A DNA stretch of 64,000 bases from an uncultured Candidatus Berkelbacteria bacterium (GTDB lineage: Bacteria; Patescibacteriota; UBA1384; UBA12157), in the NCBI GenBank assembly GCA_903877885.1, contig CAIRFN010000005.1:17956-81955 (forward strand), given 5' to 3'. Below are positions 1 through 8,969 of this stretch, piece by piece. A program made the translations under genes and the position numbers. The notes beneath the pieces are model-generated. The model saw only the letters and a program-made list of their open reading frames with translations. It had not been told where the DNA came from and searched no databases. Position 1 is the stretch's first letter. Each line of letters starts with the position of its first letter.

Positions 1-165
1 AGCCTTGTCACTAATGCTCGTATGAGTATAAATCATGAAGATCACGCTCGTAGCGAATACATAATTAATATTCAACAACTCAAAGAAGAATTGCTTTCCA
101 GATTGGATAAAAATAATCCAGCCGAAATTGACACTACAATCCCCGACAATGTTGTTGGTTATTAA
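1..165 (+). CDS. 3' end of a CDS running in from the window edge (hypothetical)
   Basis: Frame 1 is open from base 1 to TAA at 163-165 and is followed by a terminator hairpin. Confidence 0.55.
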   Translation, partial: SLVTNARMSINHEDHARSEYIINIQQLKEELLSRLDKNNPAEIDTTIPDNVVGY

Positions 166-187
166 AATATCAACGTTTTTTCCACCC

Positions 188-214
188 ACCCGTTTCTTAA
201 GAAACGGGTTTTTT
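188..214 (+). terminator. Intrinsic terminator
   Basis: ACCCGTTTC-ttaa-GAAACGGGT followed by a T-run. Confidence 0.8.
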
Positions 215-277
215 AGTCAAAATTTTACTATTATTTAATAATTCGTTATAATAGTAAGAGATATATTTAGGAGGGAT

Positions 278-871
278 ATGAATACAACACCAAATACCAA
301 TATTGAAACTGAACCGGTTATGCCATTGACAACGGATAAGACGCCGGTGATTGTACCGATTACAATGGGCGAAAAACCAAAAGAAACTTTATCTGACGGC
401 GCGCCTTTGGCTATGCCAACAACTATTGATGTCAAAGAAATGGCTGACACCGATGAAGGTCCATCTATCGATATTCCGAATAATGTCGATGAACTTGATA
501 TTCAAGCACCAGTCGAACCCGTTGCCGAAACACCAGTTGTTACGCCAGTTGAAGAAAAATCTGACAAGATGCCAAAAGAAGAAATTAAACCAGAAGTTAC
601 TGATAATGAAGATAAAGAAAATCTGGATGTTGCTCCAGCCATCGAAAGAATAACGGCCATGATTAACGCAACTGAAAACAGAATTAGAAATTTGCAAAAT
701 AACCAGAGATTAGTTCAAGTCGATATGGTTAATGCCGAAAAAAAGAATGCCGATATTGAACGACAAATGGCCGCTTCACAAAGTATTTTAGATGGTCTTA
801 AAGCGAATTTAGATCAATTACAACAAATTCAAACTTTCGCTGAATCAACCAAAACCGAAACTGAATCATAA
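278..871 (+). CDS. Hypothetical protein with acidic Pro-rich N-terminus and C-terminal coiled coil
   Basis: 197-aa ORF, AGGAGG RBS, terminator downstream. Confidence 0.8.
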   Translation: MNTTPNTNIETEPVMPLTTDKTPVIVPITMGEKPKETLSDGAPLAMPTTIDVKEMADTDEGPSIDIPNNVDELDIQAPVEPVAETPVVTPVEEKSDKMPKEEIKPEVTDNEDKENLDVAPAIERITAMINATENRIRNLQNNQRLVQVDMVNAEKKNADIERQMAASQSILDGLKANLDQLQQIQTFAESTKTETES

Positions 872-885
872 AATTTAACACAAAC

Positions 886-919
886 AAAAAAACACCCGAT
901 TTATTCAGGGTGTTTTTTT
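886..919. terminator. Bidirectional terminator between convergent genes
   Basis: A-run CACCC-loop-GGGTG T-run. Confidence 0.75.
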
Positions 920-936
920 GATACTAGCTACTAATT

Positions 937-2706
937 TTAGACTTCGATTATAACTGGAATAATCATTGGACGGCGTTCAGTTTCGGTAAATAAGAACTCA
1001 CCTAATTCCTGACGCATCGCTTTCTTAATATATTCCCAGTTAGCTGGATATTTTTCATTGTGTTTAGCAAAACCTTTTTTAATTTCCTGGCGAGCTTTGT
1101 AAACCAAGTCTTCGCGCTCGCGCATATAAATAAAACCGCGGGAAATAATATCAGGGCTGGTGACTAATTTGCCAGTTTCATGATCGACAGTCAAAATCAC
1201 CACGAAAATTCCGTCTTTGGCCATGGCTTGTCGATCACGTAAAACAATATTTCCGACATCGCCAACACCAAGACCATCGACTAGGACGTAAGAAGCATCA
1301 ACTTTTTGATGCGAGATACGCGCGCCTTTTTCATCAATTTCAATCACCGCACCATCTTCAATCACAAAAGTATTTGCTTCAGGAATACCTAATTCTTGAG
1401 CCAAACGAGCGTGTAAAACCAAATGTCTATATTCACCATGAATTGGCAAAAAATATTCAGGTTTAACGTTAGCAATCACAAGCTTTAATTCTTCGCGCTT
1501 GGCATGACCTGAAGAGTGAACTTTTTCGCGTTCCGAACCATAGAAGACATTGGCGCCCAAACGATACAAGTTATTGACCGTATCGTGATAGGTGCGTTCG
1601 TTTCCCGGAATAGCGCCGGCCGAAACCACGACCGTATCGCCTTTTTTAATTTTAATTTGTTTGTGTTCCCCTGTACTCATGCGAACCAAGGCCGAATATT
1701 CTTCGCCTTGGCTACCGGTACAGATAATGACCAGTTGATTGTCGGGAATTTTATCAGCCGAACGAAGGTCAGTCAAAATGCCTTTTGGCACTTTCAAATA
1801 TCCCAAGTTCATGGCAATATCAATCGCTTTTTCCATGCTACGACCCGCTACCGCCACCTTACGATGATGTTTTTGGGCCGAGTTGATTACGCCTTGAATA
1901 CGATCAAGTGCTGAGGCAAACGAAGTCACAATCATTCGGCCTTTGGCTTTACCAAAAATGCCGGCAATCGTGTCGTGAACCACGCTTTCCGCAATCGGAT
2001 TAGATTTAATTTCAACGTTAGTTGATTCGAGTAATAATAATTTAACACCGCGAGCGGCAAATTCACCCAGTTTAGAAAGAATCTTTTGCGATTCCAACTT
2101 GTTTGGATCGAGTTTAAAGTCGGCAATGTGGACAATTAAACCTTCCGGCGTGTCGATCACTAAACCGACATCGTCCAAGAAAGAGTGAGAAAATGGGATT
2201 AATTCAATCTTAAAAACACCGAGTTGGATTTTGTCGCCAGCTTTAACCACCCGAATTTGAGGTTTGAGTTCAGCTTCAGCCATTTTGCTTTCAATAAAAC
2301 CAGCGGTTAATTTTGTCGCGTAAAGCGGACATTGTAATTTTGGCCAGATGTAACTGATAGCGCCAATATGGTCTTCGTGACCATGAGTAAAAATCATCCC
2401 GCGGATTTTGCTTTTTCTTTCTTCAAGATAAGCCACGTTTGGAATGATTAAATCGATACCGAGCATTTCGGCGCGCGGAAACATAACACCACAGTCAACG
2501 ATAATAATATCATCGCCGTATTCATAAACCTGCATGTTTTTACCAATTTCGCCATTACCACCCATTGGGATGATTTTGAGCTTTTTGGCTTCTGGCGCCT
2601 TGTACGTTTGAATTGGTTTGGCAGCGTTCGATTGTTGTGGTTGCGTGTAGATTGGTCGTAGATTTGGATTTGTCCCAAAAGTTTTGGGATTTTGATTGTA
2701 ATTCAT
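937..2706 (-). CDS. rnj: Ribonuclease J
   Basis: PMGGNGEIGKNM, THGHEDHIG metallo-beta-lactamase motif, TGSQGE, HSSGHA, PIHGE, C-terminal RRPMIIPVIIEV. Confidence 0.96.
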   Translation of the reverse strand: MNYNQNPKTFGTNPNLRPIYTQPQQSNAAKPIQTYKAPEAKKLKIIPMGGNGEIGKNMQVYEYGDDIIIVDCGVMFPRAEMLGIDLIIPNVAYLEERKSKIRGMIFTHGHEDHIGAISYIWPKLQCPLYATKLTAGFIESKMAEAELKPQIRVVKAGDKIQLGVFKIELIPFSHSFLDDVGLVIDTPEGLIVHIADFKLDPNKLESQKILSKLGEFAARGVKLLLLESTNVEIKSNPIAESVVHDTIAGIFGKAKGRMIVTSFASALDRIQGVINSAQKHHRKVAVAGRSMEKAIDIAMNLGYLKVPKGILTDLRSADKIPDNQLVIICTGSQGEEYSALVRMSTGEHKQIKIKKGDTVVVSAGAIPGNERTYHDTVNNLYRLGANVFYGSEREKVHSSGHAKREELKLVIANVKPEYFLPIHGEYRHLVLHARLAQELGIPEANTFVIEDGAVIEIDEKGARISHQKVDASYVLVDGLGVGDVGNIVLRDRQAMAKDGIFVVILTVDHETGKLVTSPDIISRGFIYMREREDLVYKARQEIKKGFAKHNEKYPANWEYIKKAMRQELGEFLFTETERRPMIIPVIIEV

Positions 2707-2718
2707 ATAACTTTCTAG

Positions 2719-3285
2719 TTAATTAGATATTTGATTTATTTCCTCAAGAATTTGAGGGATTTTTTTAAAGTCATCTTTCATTGTCTCTTTTAAACTATTT
2801 TGATAGAGGGCGGCGGCTGGATGGTATAAAACCAAATAAACCTGGTCGGCTTTTTTGTAAGCCTTACCGTGAGAGGTAGAAACTGATTTAAAATGGGGAA
2901 AGAAGACCTGCATGGAATGTCGGCCTAAAGTTACAATTAACTTCGGCTTGATATTTTTGATTTGATCAAATAGGTATCGACTGGTACAGACACGGACTTC
3001 TTCCTCCAAGGGATCGCGGTTATGCGGCGGACGGCATTTTACTACATTAGTTATATATACGTCTTCTCGTTTTAAATTAATACTTTCAAGCATTTCGTCT
3101 AAAAACTGACCGGCTTGGCCCACAAAAGGGCGGCCTTCTTTGTCTTCCGATTCACCGGGACCTTCACCAATAAAAAGAATTTCAGTGCTAACCGCACCTT
3201 CTCCTGGAACTGCTTGAATTCGCCCCTTGTGTAGAGGACATTTCGTGCAAGATTTAATTTCCTGCGAAATCGAGTCTAGATCCAT
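2719..3285 (-). CDS. udg: Uracil-DNA glycosylase, family 4 (Fe-S)
   Basis: CxxC, GEGPG, GRPFVG, NVVKCRPP and YHPAA motifs. Confidence 0.93.
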   Translation of the reverse strand: MDLDSISQEIKSCTKCPLHKGRIQAVPGEGAVSTEILFIGEGPGESEDKEGRPFVGQAGQFLDEMLESINLKREDVYITNVVKCRPPHNRDPLEEEVRVCTSRYLFDQIKNIKPKLIVTLGRHSMQVFFPHFKSVSTSHGKAYKKADQVYLVLYHPAAALYQNSLKETMKDDFKKIPQILEEINQISN

Positions 3286-3349
3286 TTACAACTTTCTTGA
3301 GAACGTTAATATAGTTCAAAAAATAAAATTGATACTTCCAAGAGTCCTG

Positions 3350-3412
3350 CCCCGTGACGACGCACTATCATAATACGATGTAATCGATTTGATAGTAAGG
3401 AGTTCTACGGGG
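3350..3412. repeat. Imperfect inverted repeat in the udg leader (CCCCGT...ACGGGG, family C-like)
   Basis: CCCCGT/ACGGGG outer arms and ACTATCA/TGATAGT inner arms. Confidence 0.45.
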
Positions 3413-3435
3413 TCTTTTTAATCTGATGTAGCCCT

Positions 3436-3464
3436 ACTATACCACGAATATGGCAACTTGTCAA
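3436..3464 (-). promoter_or_regulatory. Sigma70-type promoter for udg-rnj
   Basis: TTGACA-N17-TATAGT on the minus strand. Confidence 0.7.
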
Positions 3465-3527
3465 GTTTACTTGGATTAATCCAAGCAGATTTTTTCAAAA
3501 TGTGTTAAAATAGAAAAAAGGAGCGGT

Positions 3528-4061
3528 TTGAAAACTATCAGTTTGAAGTTTGTAGATTTAATGGTCGGGATTGTTTTGGGCGCCGGGTTTTTATGGGTAA
3601 CCAACTTTCACCAACCTTGGCAATATTTAGCCTTTCTTTTCGTCTATTTAGATATTTTAGATTATTGGCTCGATCATAGTTCAGCCCAAGCCAAATTTCC
3701 ATCAAAACGGATTTTTGATCTAGTTCTAACTATTCTCACCGTTTTAGCCATATTTAGTTACACTTTTACGATTCAATTTGGTCTCTGGCCATTACTCCTT
3801 GCTTTCGGTTTGTTTAAATTTTTCGATTTTATCTGGCTTATTCGAGTCGAAAAACAACACAGACCGCATGGCGAAGAGAAAATGTTTGTAAATTCCTGGA
3901 TTATTTGTGATATTTTGGAAGTCGGCTTTGCTTTGGCTATGATTATTCTTTTACTACAAATATCGATTCAACCAATGACTCTACTTATAATTTTCATCAT
4001 TTTCCGTGTTCTCGTCTGGCTGCTCGCCACCCAATCGCATAAAAAATTGTTTTTAAACTAG
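3528..4061 (+). CDS. Multi-pass membrane hypothetical protein
   Basis: AAGGAG RBS, TTG start, several hydrophobic segments. Confidence 0.75.
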   Translation: MKTISLKFVDLMVGIVLGAGFLWVTNFHQPWQYLAFLFVYLDILDYWLDHSSAQAKFPSKRIFDLVLTILTVLAIFSYTFTIQFGLWPLLLAFGLFKFFDFIWLIRVEKQHRPHGEEKMFVNSWIICDILEVGFALAMIILLLQISIQPMTLLIIFIIFRVLVWLLATQSHKKLFLN

Positions 4062-4120
4062 TCAAATATTATAACTATGATATAATCATATCAGTTCTAT
4101 TTTGTTGAAGGAGAAAAACG

Positions 4121-4303
4121 ATGAGTTCCCTTGATCCGAAACGATTAGCCAGTCAACGATTTGAGGATATCTTACGAGCTGGCGCTTTAGAACAAAGCCG
4201 AAGAGCTGTTCGTGCCGAAGCAGAAGCTCGTAACCACATGAACAAAATCGCCGCCGAAATCCAACGCAAAAACCGGCTCTCCCAGGAGCAAAAACCTTCT
4301 TAA
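4121..4303 (+). CDS. Small basic helical hypothetical protein
   Basis: GAAGGAG RBS, TATAAT upstream, terminator hairpin at 4333-4353. Confidence 0.65.
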   Translation: MSSLDPKRLASQRFEDILRAGALEQSRRAVRAEAEARNHMNKIAAEIQRKNRLSQEQKPS

Positions 4304-4351
4304 CCTATTTACTATCCGCTTCTATTCCACCCAGCGGCCTCGGCCGCTTTT

Positions 4352-4918
4352 TTAGTCCTTGATTTTTCTTAACGCTTGCCACTCGCTATTTAGTTCCAAT
4401 TTTTCAATCCAATCATTAATATATTTCTGGTCCAATTCAGATTGAGTATCGATAACGCTTTTAATATCTTCAAGCTGTCTGGTTGATTGACTTTCGCGAA
4501 ACCATAGAAGTTTGCTAATAATTAAATCTTCGGCAGAGATGAATTTCACATCATAATCAATATTTTTCGTTTTTAATCTCGAAAATGCTGATTTTTCAAA
4601 ATCGCTTTGATTAGTAATGAAAAAATCAAATTTTAAACCGCTTTCAGGATCAATAACATTAAATTCACTTTTATATTTTAGAGCATGTTCAATTAAATCT
4701 TTATCAACATAACCTTGTGGAAAGACATCTTGAACTTTCTGGCTAAAATCATTAACCGCTAAATTAGCCATTTTAATTACAATATCAATATCGGCCGTAA
4801 ATCGTGGTCGACCGTAAGTCGTCACCGCAAAACCGCCAGTGATATAATAAGGAATCTCAAGTTCATCAAGAATCTTGACGATTTTTACTAGATTTTCTAA
4901 TTCGGGATATTTGTTCAT
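4352..4918 (-). CDS. Nucleotidyltransferase-superfamily protein (DUF6036/AbiEii-like)
   Basis: ITGGFA...RFTADIDI NTase motif and EDLIISKL. Confidence 0.75.
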   Translation of the reverse strand: MNKYPELENLVKIVKILDELEIPYYITGGFAVTTYGRPRFTADIDIVIKMANLAVNDFSQKVQDVFPQGYVDKDLIEHALKYKSEFNVIDPESGLKFDFFITNQSDFEKSAFSRLKTKNIDYDVKFISAEDLIISKLLWFRESQSTRQLEDIKSVIDTQSELDQKYINDWIEKLELNSEWQALRKIKD

Positions 4919-5033
4919 CTTTTAAATTATTTAAAAATTTACCGGCTCGAAAAAAGTTGATGGTTATTTCCAATTTCTTCTTGATTGGCATTTCACGGTA
5001 AATTTTATTTTGCATCTCTTGAACTTTGTTCAT
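4866..5033 (-). CDS. Small ORF (55 aa) upstream of and overlapping the NTase; possible partner
   Basis: Manual translation MNKVQEMQNKIYREMPIKKKLEITINFF...; below the ORF-track cutoff. Confidence 0.5.
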   Translation of the reverse strand: MNKVQEMQNKIYREMPIKKKLEITINFFRAGKFLNNLKDEQISRIRKSSKNRQDS

Positions 5034-5063
5034 TTGATTTTAGTATAGCATAAAATTATAACC

Positions 5064-5092
5064 AAAAAGAACAGCCTTGCGACTGTTCTTTT
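5064..5092 (-). terminator. Terminator downstream of pnp
   Basis: AAAAGAACAG-loop-CTGTTCTTTT. Confidence 0.65.
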
Positions 5093-5104
5093 AATATCTA
5101 TGAT

Positions 5105-5134
5105 AGATTGCTTCGCCTGAGGGCTCGCAATGAC
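5105..5134 (-). repeat. Family A single arm (GTCATTGCGAG...CGAAGCAATCT variant)
   Basis: Reverse complement reads gtcattgcgagccctcaggcgaagcaatct. Confidence 0.7.
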
Positions 5135-5139
5135 TATTT

Positions 5140-7236
5140 TTATTCTACATCTTTCATACTTAAACTAACTCTACCTTTTTCTCGGTCGACTTCGACGACT
5201 TTGACTTTAACAATGTCGCCGACTTTAACCTTATCAGAAACTTTTTCAATTCTTTCGTTGGCAATTTGAGAAATATGAACCATACCGTCTTTGTTTGGCA
5301 GAATTTGCACAATAGCGCCAATCTCATTGCCGCGCATGCGGTCTTTCAAAATCTGAACGACTGGACCTTCAAAAACTTCACCGACTTTTGGTTCGCGCAT
5401 ACTGCCGGCAATAATTTCTTCGGCTTTTTTGGCCGCAGCCGCATCAGTCGAGGAAATCATGACCAAACCATCATCTTCGATATCGATGGAAATAATTTCA
5501 CCGCCGCCGCAATCTTCAATAATCTTGCGAATATTTTTGCCGCCTGGGCCGATTAATTCACCAATCTTTTCTGGTTCAATGCGAAGTGATGTAATTCGTG
5601 GCGCGTATGGTGATAGTTCCGCTCGAGGTTCGGCAATAACTTTTTCGATTTTAGCTAAAATAAAGTTAATACCTTCGCGAGCCTGAAGAGTCGCCTCTTC
5701 GAGCCATTCGACAGACAAACCTTTAAGTTTGGTGTCCATTTGACAGGCTGTAATACCATTTTTGGTTCCGGTTAATTTATAATCCATGTCGCCAGCAAAA
5801 TCTTCCAAACCTTGAATATCAGTCAAAACTTTATGTTTATCGCCTAATGTCATCAAACCCATAGCAATACCAGCCACTGGCGACTTAATCGGCACACCCG
5901 CATCCATCAAAGCCAAGGTTGAACCGCAAGTTGAAGCCATCGAGCTTGAACCGTTGGAGGCCAAAACTTCAGATACAACCCGAATCGTATATGGGAAATC
6001 TTCTTTAGACGGAATCACGGCAATCAAAGCTCGTTCGGCTAAAGCGCCATGACCAATTTCTCGGCGAGAAGTCCCGCGAATCGGTTTAACTTCGCCGGTA
6101 GAAAATGGTGGGAAATTATAGTGATGCATGTAGCGCTTAGTGCCTTCTTCTTCCATGGTTTCGATTGTTTGTTCTTCACCAGGAGCACCCAAAGTAACAA
6201 TACTCATAACCTGCGTTTGACCACGAGTAAATAAACCGGTGCCATGAGTTCGTGGCAACAAGCCAATTTCAATATCAATCGGACGAATTTCGTCTAATTT
6301 ACGGCCGTCAGGACGAATGCCTTTATCAACAATAGCGTGACGAACTTCTTTTTCCAATAAATCGGACAGAGTAGTTTTCAATTCCGATTGTTTGTAATCA
6401 CCTTCAAAATTTTTCAAAATATCAGCTTCAAAAGTCGCAATGTCATCATCGCGTTTGGCTTTGTCCATTTCAATCATCACATTGGCCAATTTGTCGCCCA
6501 AATATTTCTTAACATCAGCCACAATCGCCGCTTCACCTGGATCTTCGGTTGTGTGCTTGGTGTCGGCAATCAATTTCTTTTGAATTTCCAAACCTGGTTG
6601 TAACTCTTTTTGGCCAAATTCAATGGCTTTAATAAAATCGGCTTCGGTAACTTCTTTAGCACCAGCTTCCACCATCATGACCTTATCAGCCACACCGGCA
6701 ACAACTAAATCTAAAGTTGATAATTCCATTTCCGCTTCTGAAGGGTTGGCCACAAATTTGCCATCGATTAAACCAACGCGGACAGCCGAAACCGGGCCTT
6801 CAAAAGGCGCTGGGGTTTGGCTTAATGCCGCGGAGGCGGCAATAATAGCCAGAATGTCGGGATTATTTTCGCCATCATAAGATAAAACGGTGATAATCAC
6901 CTGAACATCATTACGATATTTTTTTGGAAATAGCGGTCGAATCGGTCGGTCAACCAAACGGCAAGTTAAAATTGCGCGTTCTGACGGGCGACCTTCGCGT
7001 TTGATAAATCGGCTGCCGGAAATTTTTCCGGCCGCATACAATCTTTCCTCGTAATCAACGAGTAACGGAAAATATTCCGCATCTTCTTTGGCTTTAGCTG
7101 AAACAACAGCAGTTGCCAAAACCACGGTATCGCCACAGCGAACCGTCACTGAACCAGACGCTAATTGCGCCAATTTACCAGTTTCGATGGACAATTGCTT
7201 GCCACCGAGCATGGTTGTGAAAACTTCACTTTTCAT
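5140..7236 (-). CDS. pnp: Polyribonucleotide nucleotidyltransferase (PNPase)
   Basis: Two RNase PH domains, RREIGHG, SNGSSSMAS, KH (IGPGGKNI) and S1 domains. Confidence 0.97.
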   Translation of the reverse strand: MKSEVFTTMLGGKQLSIETGKLAQLASGSVTVRCGDTVVLATAVVSAKAKEDAEYFPLLVDYEERLYAAGKISGSRFIKREGRPSERAILTCRLVDRPIRPLFPKKYRNDVQVIITVLSYDGENNPDILAIIAASAALSQTPAPFEGPVSAVRVGLIDGKFVANPSEAEMELSTLDLVVAGVADKVMMVEAGAKEVTEADFIKAIEFGQKELQPGLEIQKKLIADTKHTTEDPGEAAIVADVKKYLGDKLANVMIEMDKAKRDDDIATFEADILKNFEGDYKQSELKTTLSDLLEKEVRHAIVDKGIRPDGRKLDEIRPIDIEIGLLPRTHGTGLFTRGQTQVMSIVTLGAPGEEQTIETMEEEGTKRYMHHYNFPPFSTGEVKPIRGTSRREIGHGALAERALIAVIPSKEDFPYTIRVVSEVLASNGSSSMASTCGSTLALMDAGVPIKSPVAGIAMGLMTLGDKHKVLTDIQGLEDFAGDMDYKLTGTKNGITACQMDTKLKGLSVEWLEEATLQAREGINFILAKIEKVIAEPRAELSPYAPRITSLRIEPEKIGELIGPGGKNIRKIIEDCGGGEIISIDIEDDGLVMISSTDAAAAKKAEEIIAGSMREPKVGEVFEGPVVQILKDRMRGNEIGAIVQILPNKDGMVHISQIANERIEKVSDKVKVGDIVKVKVVEVDREKGRVSLSMKDVE

Positions 7237-7335
7237 GAAATCCTTTCGAGCACGAGAACGCAGAACAAATATCAGTCAACAACTTTTGCTAACTCGTATC
7301 TGTTCTACCTGCCTCATGCATTATTATTAATTTTT

Positions 7336-7395
7336 AATTATCAAGTTCCAGGTGTCAATTATCTTTCGAATATTGATACCTGATATTTGATAATT
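7336..7395. repeat. Inverted heptamer array between rpsO and pnp
   Basis: aattatc aagttcc aggtgtc aattatc ... tgatacc tgatatt tgataatt. Confidence 0.55.
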
Positions 7396-7648
7396 ATTTT
7401 TTTAACCCTAAATCTTTAATCAATTTCTCGTATTTCTTGACTTCGTTTTTCTTGAGGTAATTCAGCAAACGGCGGCGTTTTCCCACCATCATCAAAAGTC
7501 CGCGACGAGAATCTTGATCTTTGTTGTGCTTTTTCAAATGTTTAGCTAATTCCAGAATCTTCTCTGTTAAAAGCGCAACTTGAACATCGGTTGAACCGGT
7601 GTCATTTTTGTGTGATTGGTACTTTTTGACCAAATCTTGTTTTTCCAT
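7394..7648 (-). CDS. rpsO: 30S ribosomal protein S15
   Basis: [13 protein letters not shown]...[19 protein letters not shown]; start moved to ATG 7648 behind AGGAG. Confidence 0.96.
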   Translation of the reverse strand: MEKQDLVKKYQSHKNDTGSTDVQVALLTEKILELAKHLKKHNKDQDSRRGLLMMVGKRRRLLNYLKKNEVKKYEKLIKDLGLKK

Positions 7649-7777
7649 GTTTTTCTCCTGTTCGTTTATTCCAGATACCACCAGAATAAACCATCCCGAT
7701 AATCGGGCGATTAATTAATTCTTTAATTGATTGTAACAGAAAACTTGCCAAAAAGCAATAAATTCTGGTTAGTCACA

Positions 7778-7806
7778 TTGACAAAAGCTCAAAAACATGG
7801 TAGTAT
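7778..7806 (+). promoter_or_regulatory. Sigma70-type promoter
   Basis: TTGACA-N17-TAGTAT with extended TG. Confidence 0.7.
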
Positions 7807-7855
7807 TTATCATTATGACTGATCTGGCTATCTAATCTGAAAGAAGGGTACGGAT

Positions 7856-8209
7856 ATGGTTATGGACGTGCGACACGTCAAAATCAACAACAACCTCTCG
7901 ATTATCGTAAGCTGCGGTAGAGTTACGATTAACGCAGGGCATGAATCGGATAACACCGGTTTGTCTTTCACCCTCCCCAATGATGTCAGCGAAGCGATCC
8001 TTGAAAGATCCGACACTGATGAACAACTGACCTGCAACTGCTACCCAATAGCTATGTTGCTACGAGGATTAGACTTAACGCTAACCGCTCTTCTGTATAG
8101 CGCAAAAAGCCCTGAAGAGTTTCAGGAAAGCTACGAGACGCTAAGTAGAGGCCTGGAAAACGTTAACCGCGACATGATATGCCTTATGCAAGCACGTCAA
8201 GGAAAGTAA
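7856..8209 (+). CDS. Hypothetical protein (ORFan cassette)
   Basis: 117-aa ORF between a promoter and a strong terminator. Confidence 0.65.
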   Translation: MVMDVRHVKINNNLSIIVSCGRVTINAGHESDNTGLSFTLPNDVSEAILERSDTDEQLTCNCYPIAMLLRGLDLTLTALLYSAKSPEEFQESYETLSRGLENVNRDMICLMQARQGK

Positions 8210-8224
8210 TAGGCGTATCCGAGC

Positions 8225-8256
8225 AGGCGCCAGGGTTTCTACCCTGGCGCCTTTTT
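8225..8256 (+). terminator. Intrinsic terminator
   Basis: AGGCGCCAGGG/CCCTGGCGCCT stem plus T-run. Confidence 0.85.
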
Positions 8257-8399
8257 CATTTTAGAGAACAGAAAATTTTGTTTATGACAATGACTTGACA
8301 AAGCTTGATTTCGAGAGAGAGTAAACCATTTAAAGCCCACCCCGGAGGCGGGCTTTAGGTTTAAATGATTTAGATGAAAGATTTTGATATAATTAATCT

Positions 8400-8834
8400 A
8401 TGCGAATTGAAATTGACCAAAGCGGAAAATTGGAAGACACACATAAACCTACTGTTGTGGGATTCTCGAATAGTACCAGCAAAACTGTGATTATTTTAGC
8501 AACCGAAAAGCAAAAATTGCAGAAATTTTTCCGCAATATTGGTAAACCAAATGTTTACCGTTACAAAACATTCGCTATCATGATTTTTCTCTTACTAGAG
8601 CACAAGCATTTGTCTCAAATAATTATTGATACCGAATATGTCGGTCAAGAAGCTGTAATCAAAAATTATTTGTTAGAACTATTCCGGAAAACCCGTAAAA
8701 ATTTGCTTAAAAATGTAATTATCTTTAAACAAATCGGCAAGAAATCACAAGCTCATATTGTGTCATACAATGCTTATAGGACCAAAAAAGCTGATCTTAA
8801 AATTTGCGCTAAAGATATTGAAAAATTTGTATAA
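8400..8834 (+). CDS. DUF3800-like (RNase H-fold-like) protein
   Basis: N-terminal IEIDQSG resembles the DUF3800 DESG motif; followed by a convergent structured RNA. Confidence 0.55.
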   Translation: MRIEIDQSGKLEDTHKPTVVGFSNSTSKTVIILATEKQKLQKFFRNIGKPNVYRYKTFAIMIFLLLEHKHLSQIIIDTEYVGQEAVIKNYLLELFRKTRKNLLKNVIIFKQIGKKSQAHIVSYNAYRTKKADLKICAKDIEKFV

Positions 8835-8926
8835 AAAAAGATCGAGTGTTTAATGAATATTTAAGGCTGGCCTAGCCCTCGATTTTCATCGAAGCGCCAT
8901 ACGGTCGATATCCCACCCGATTCTTG
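8833..8926 (-). ncRNA. Candidate ~90-nt structured RNA convergent on the DUF3800-like gene
   Basis: Closing stem AAGAAUCGGGUG/CACUCGAUCUU, GGAUAU/AUAUUC stem, UCGAU-GAAA-AUCGA hairpin, 3' U-run, own promoter. Confidence 0.65.
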
Positions 8927-8931
8927 ATTAT

Positions 8932-8960
8932 ATTATACTTTTAAATTTGATTTTTGTCAA
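8932..8960 (-). promoter_or_regulatory. Consensus sigma70 promoter driving the candidate ncRNA
   Basis: TTGACA-N17-TATAAT on the minus strand with no ORF downstream. Confidence 0.8.
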
Positions 8961-8969
8961 GCTCAAAAA

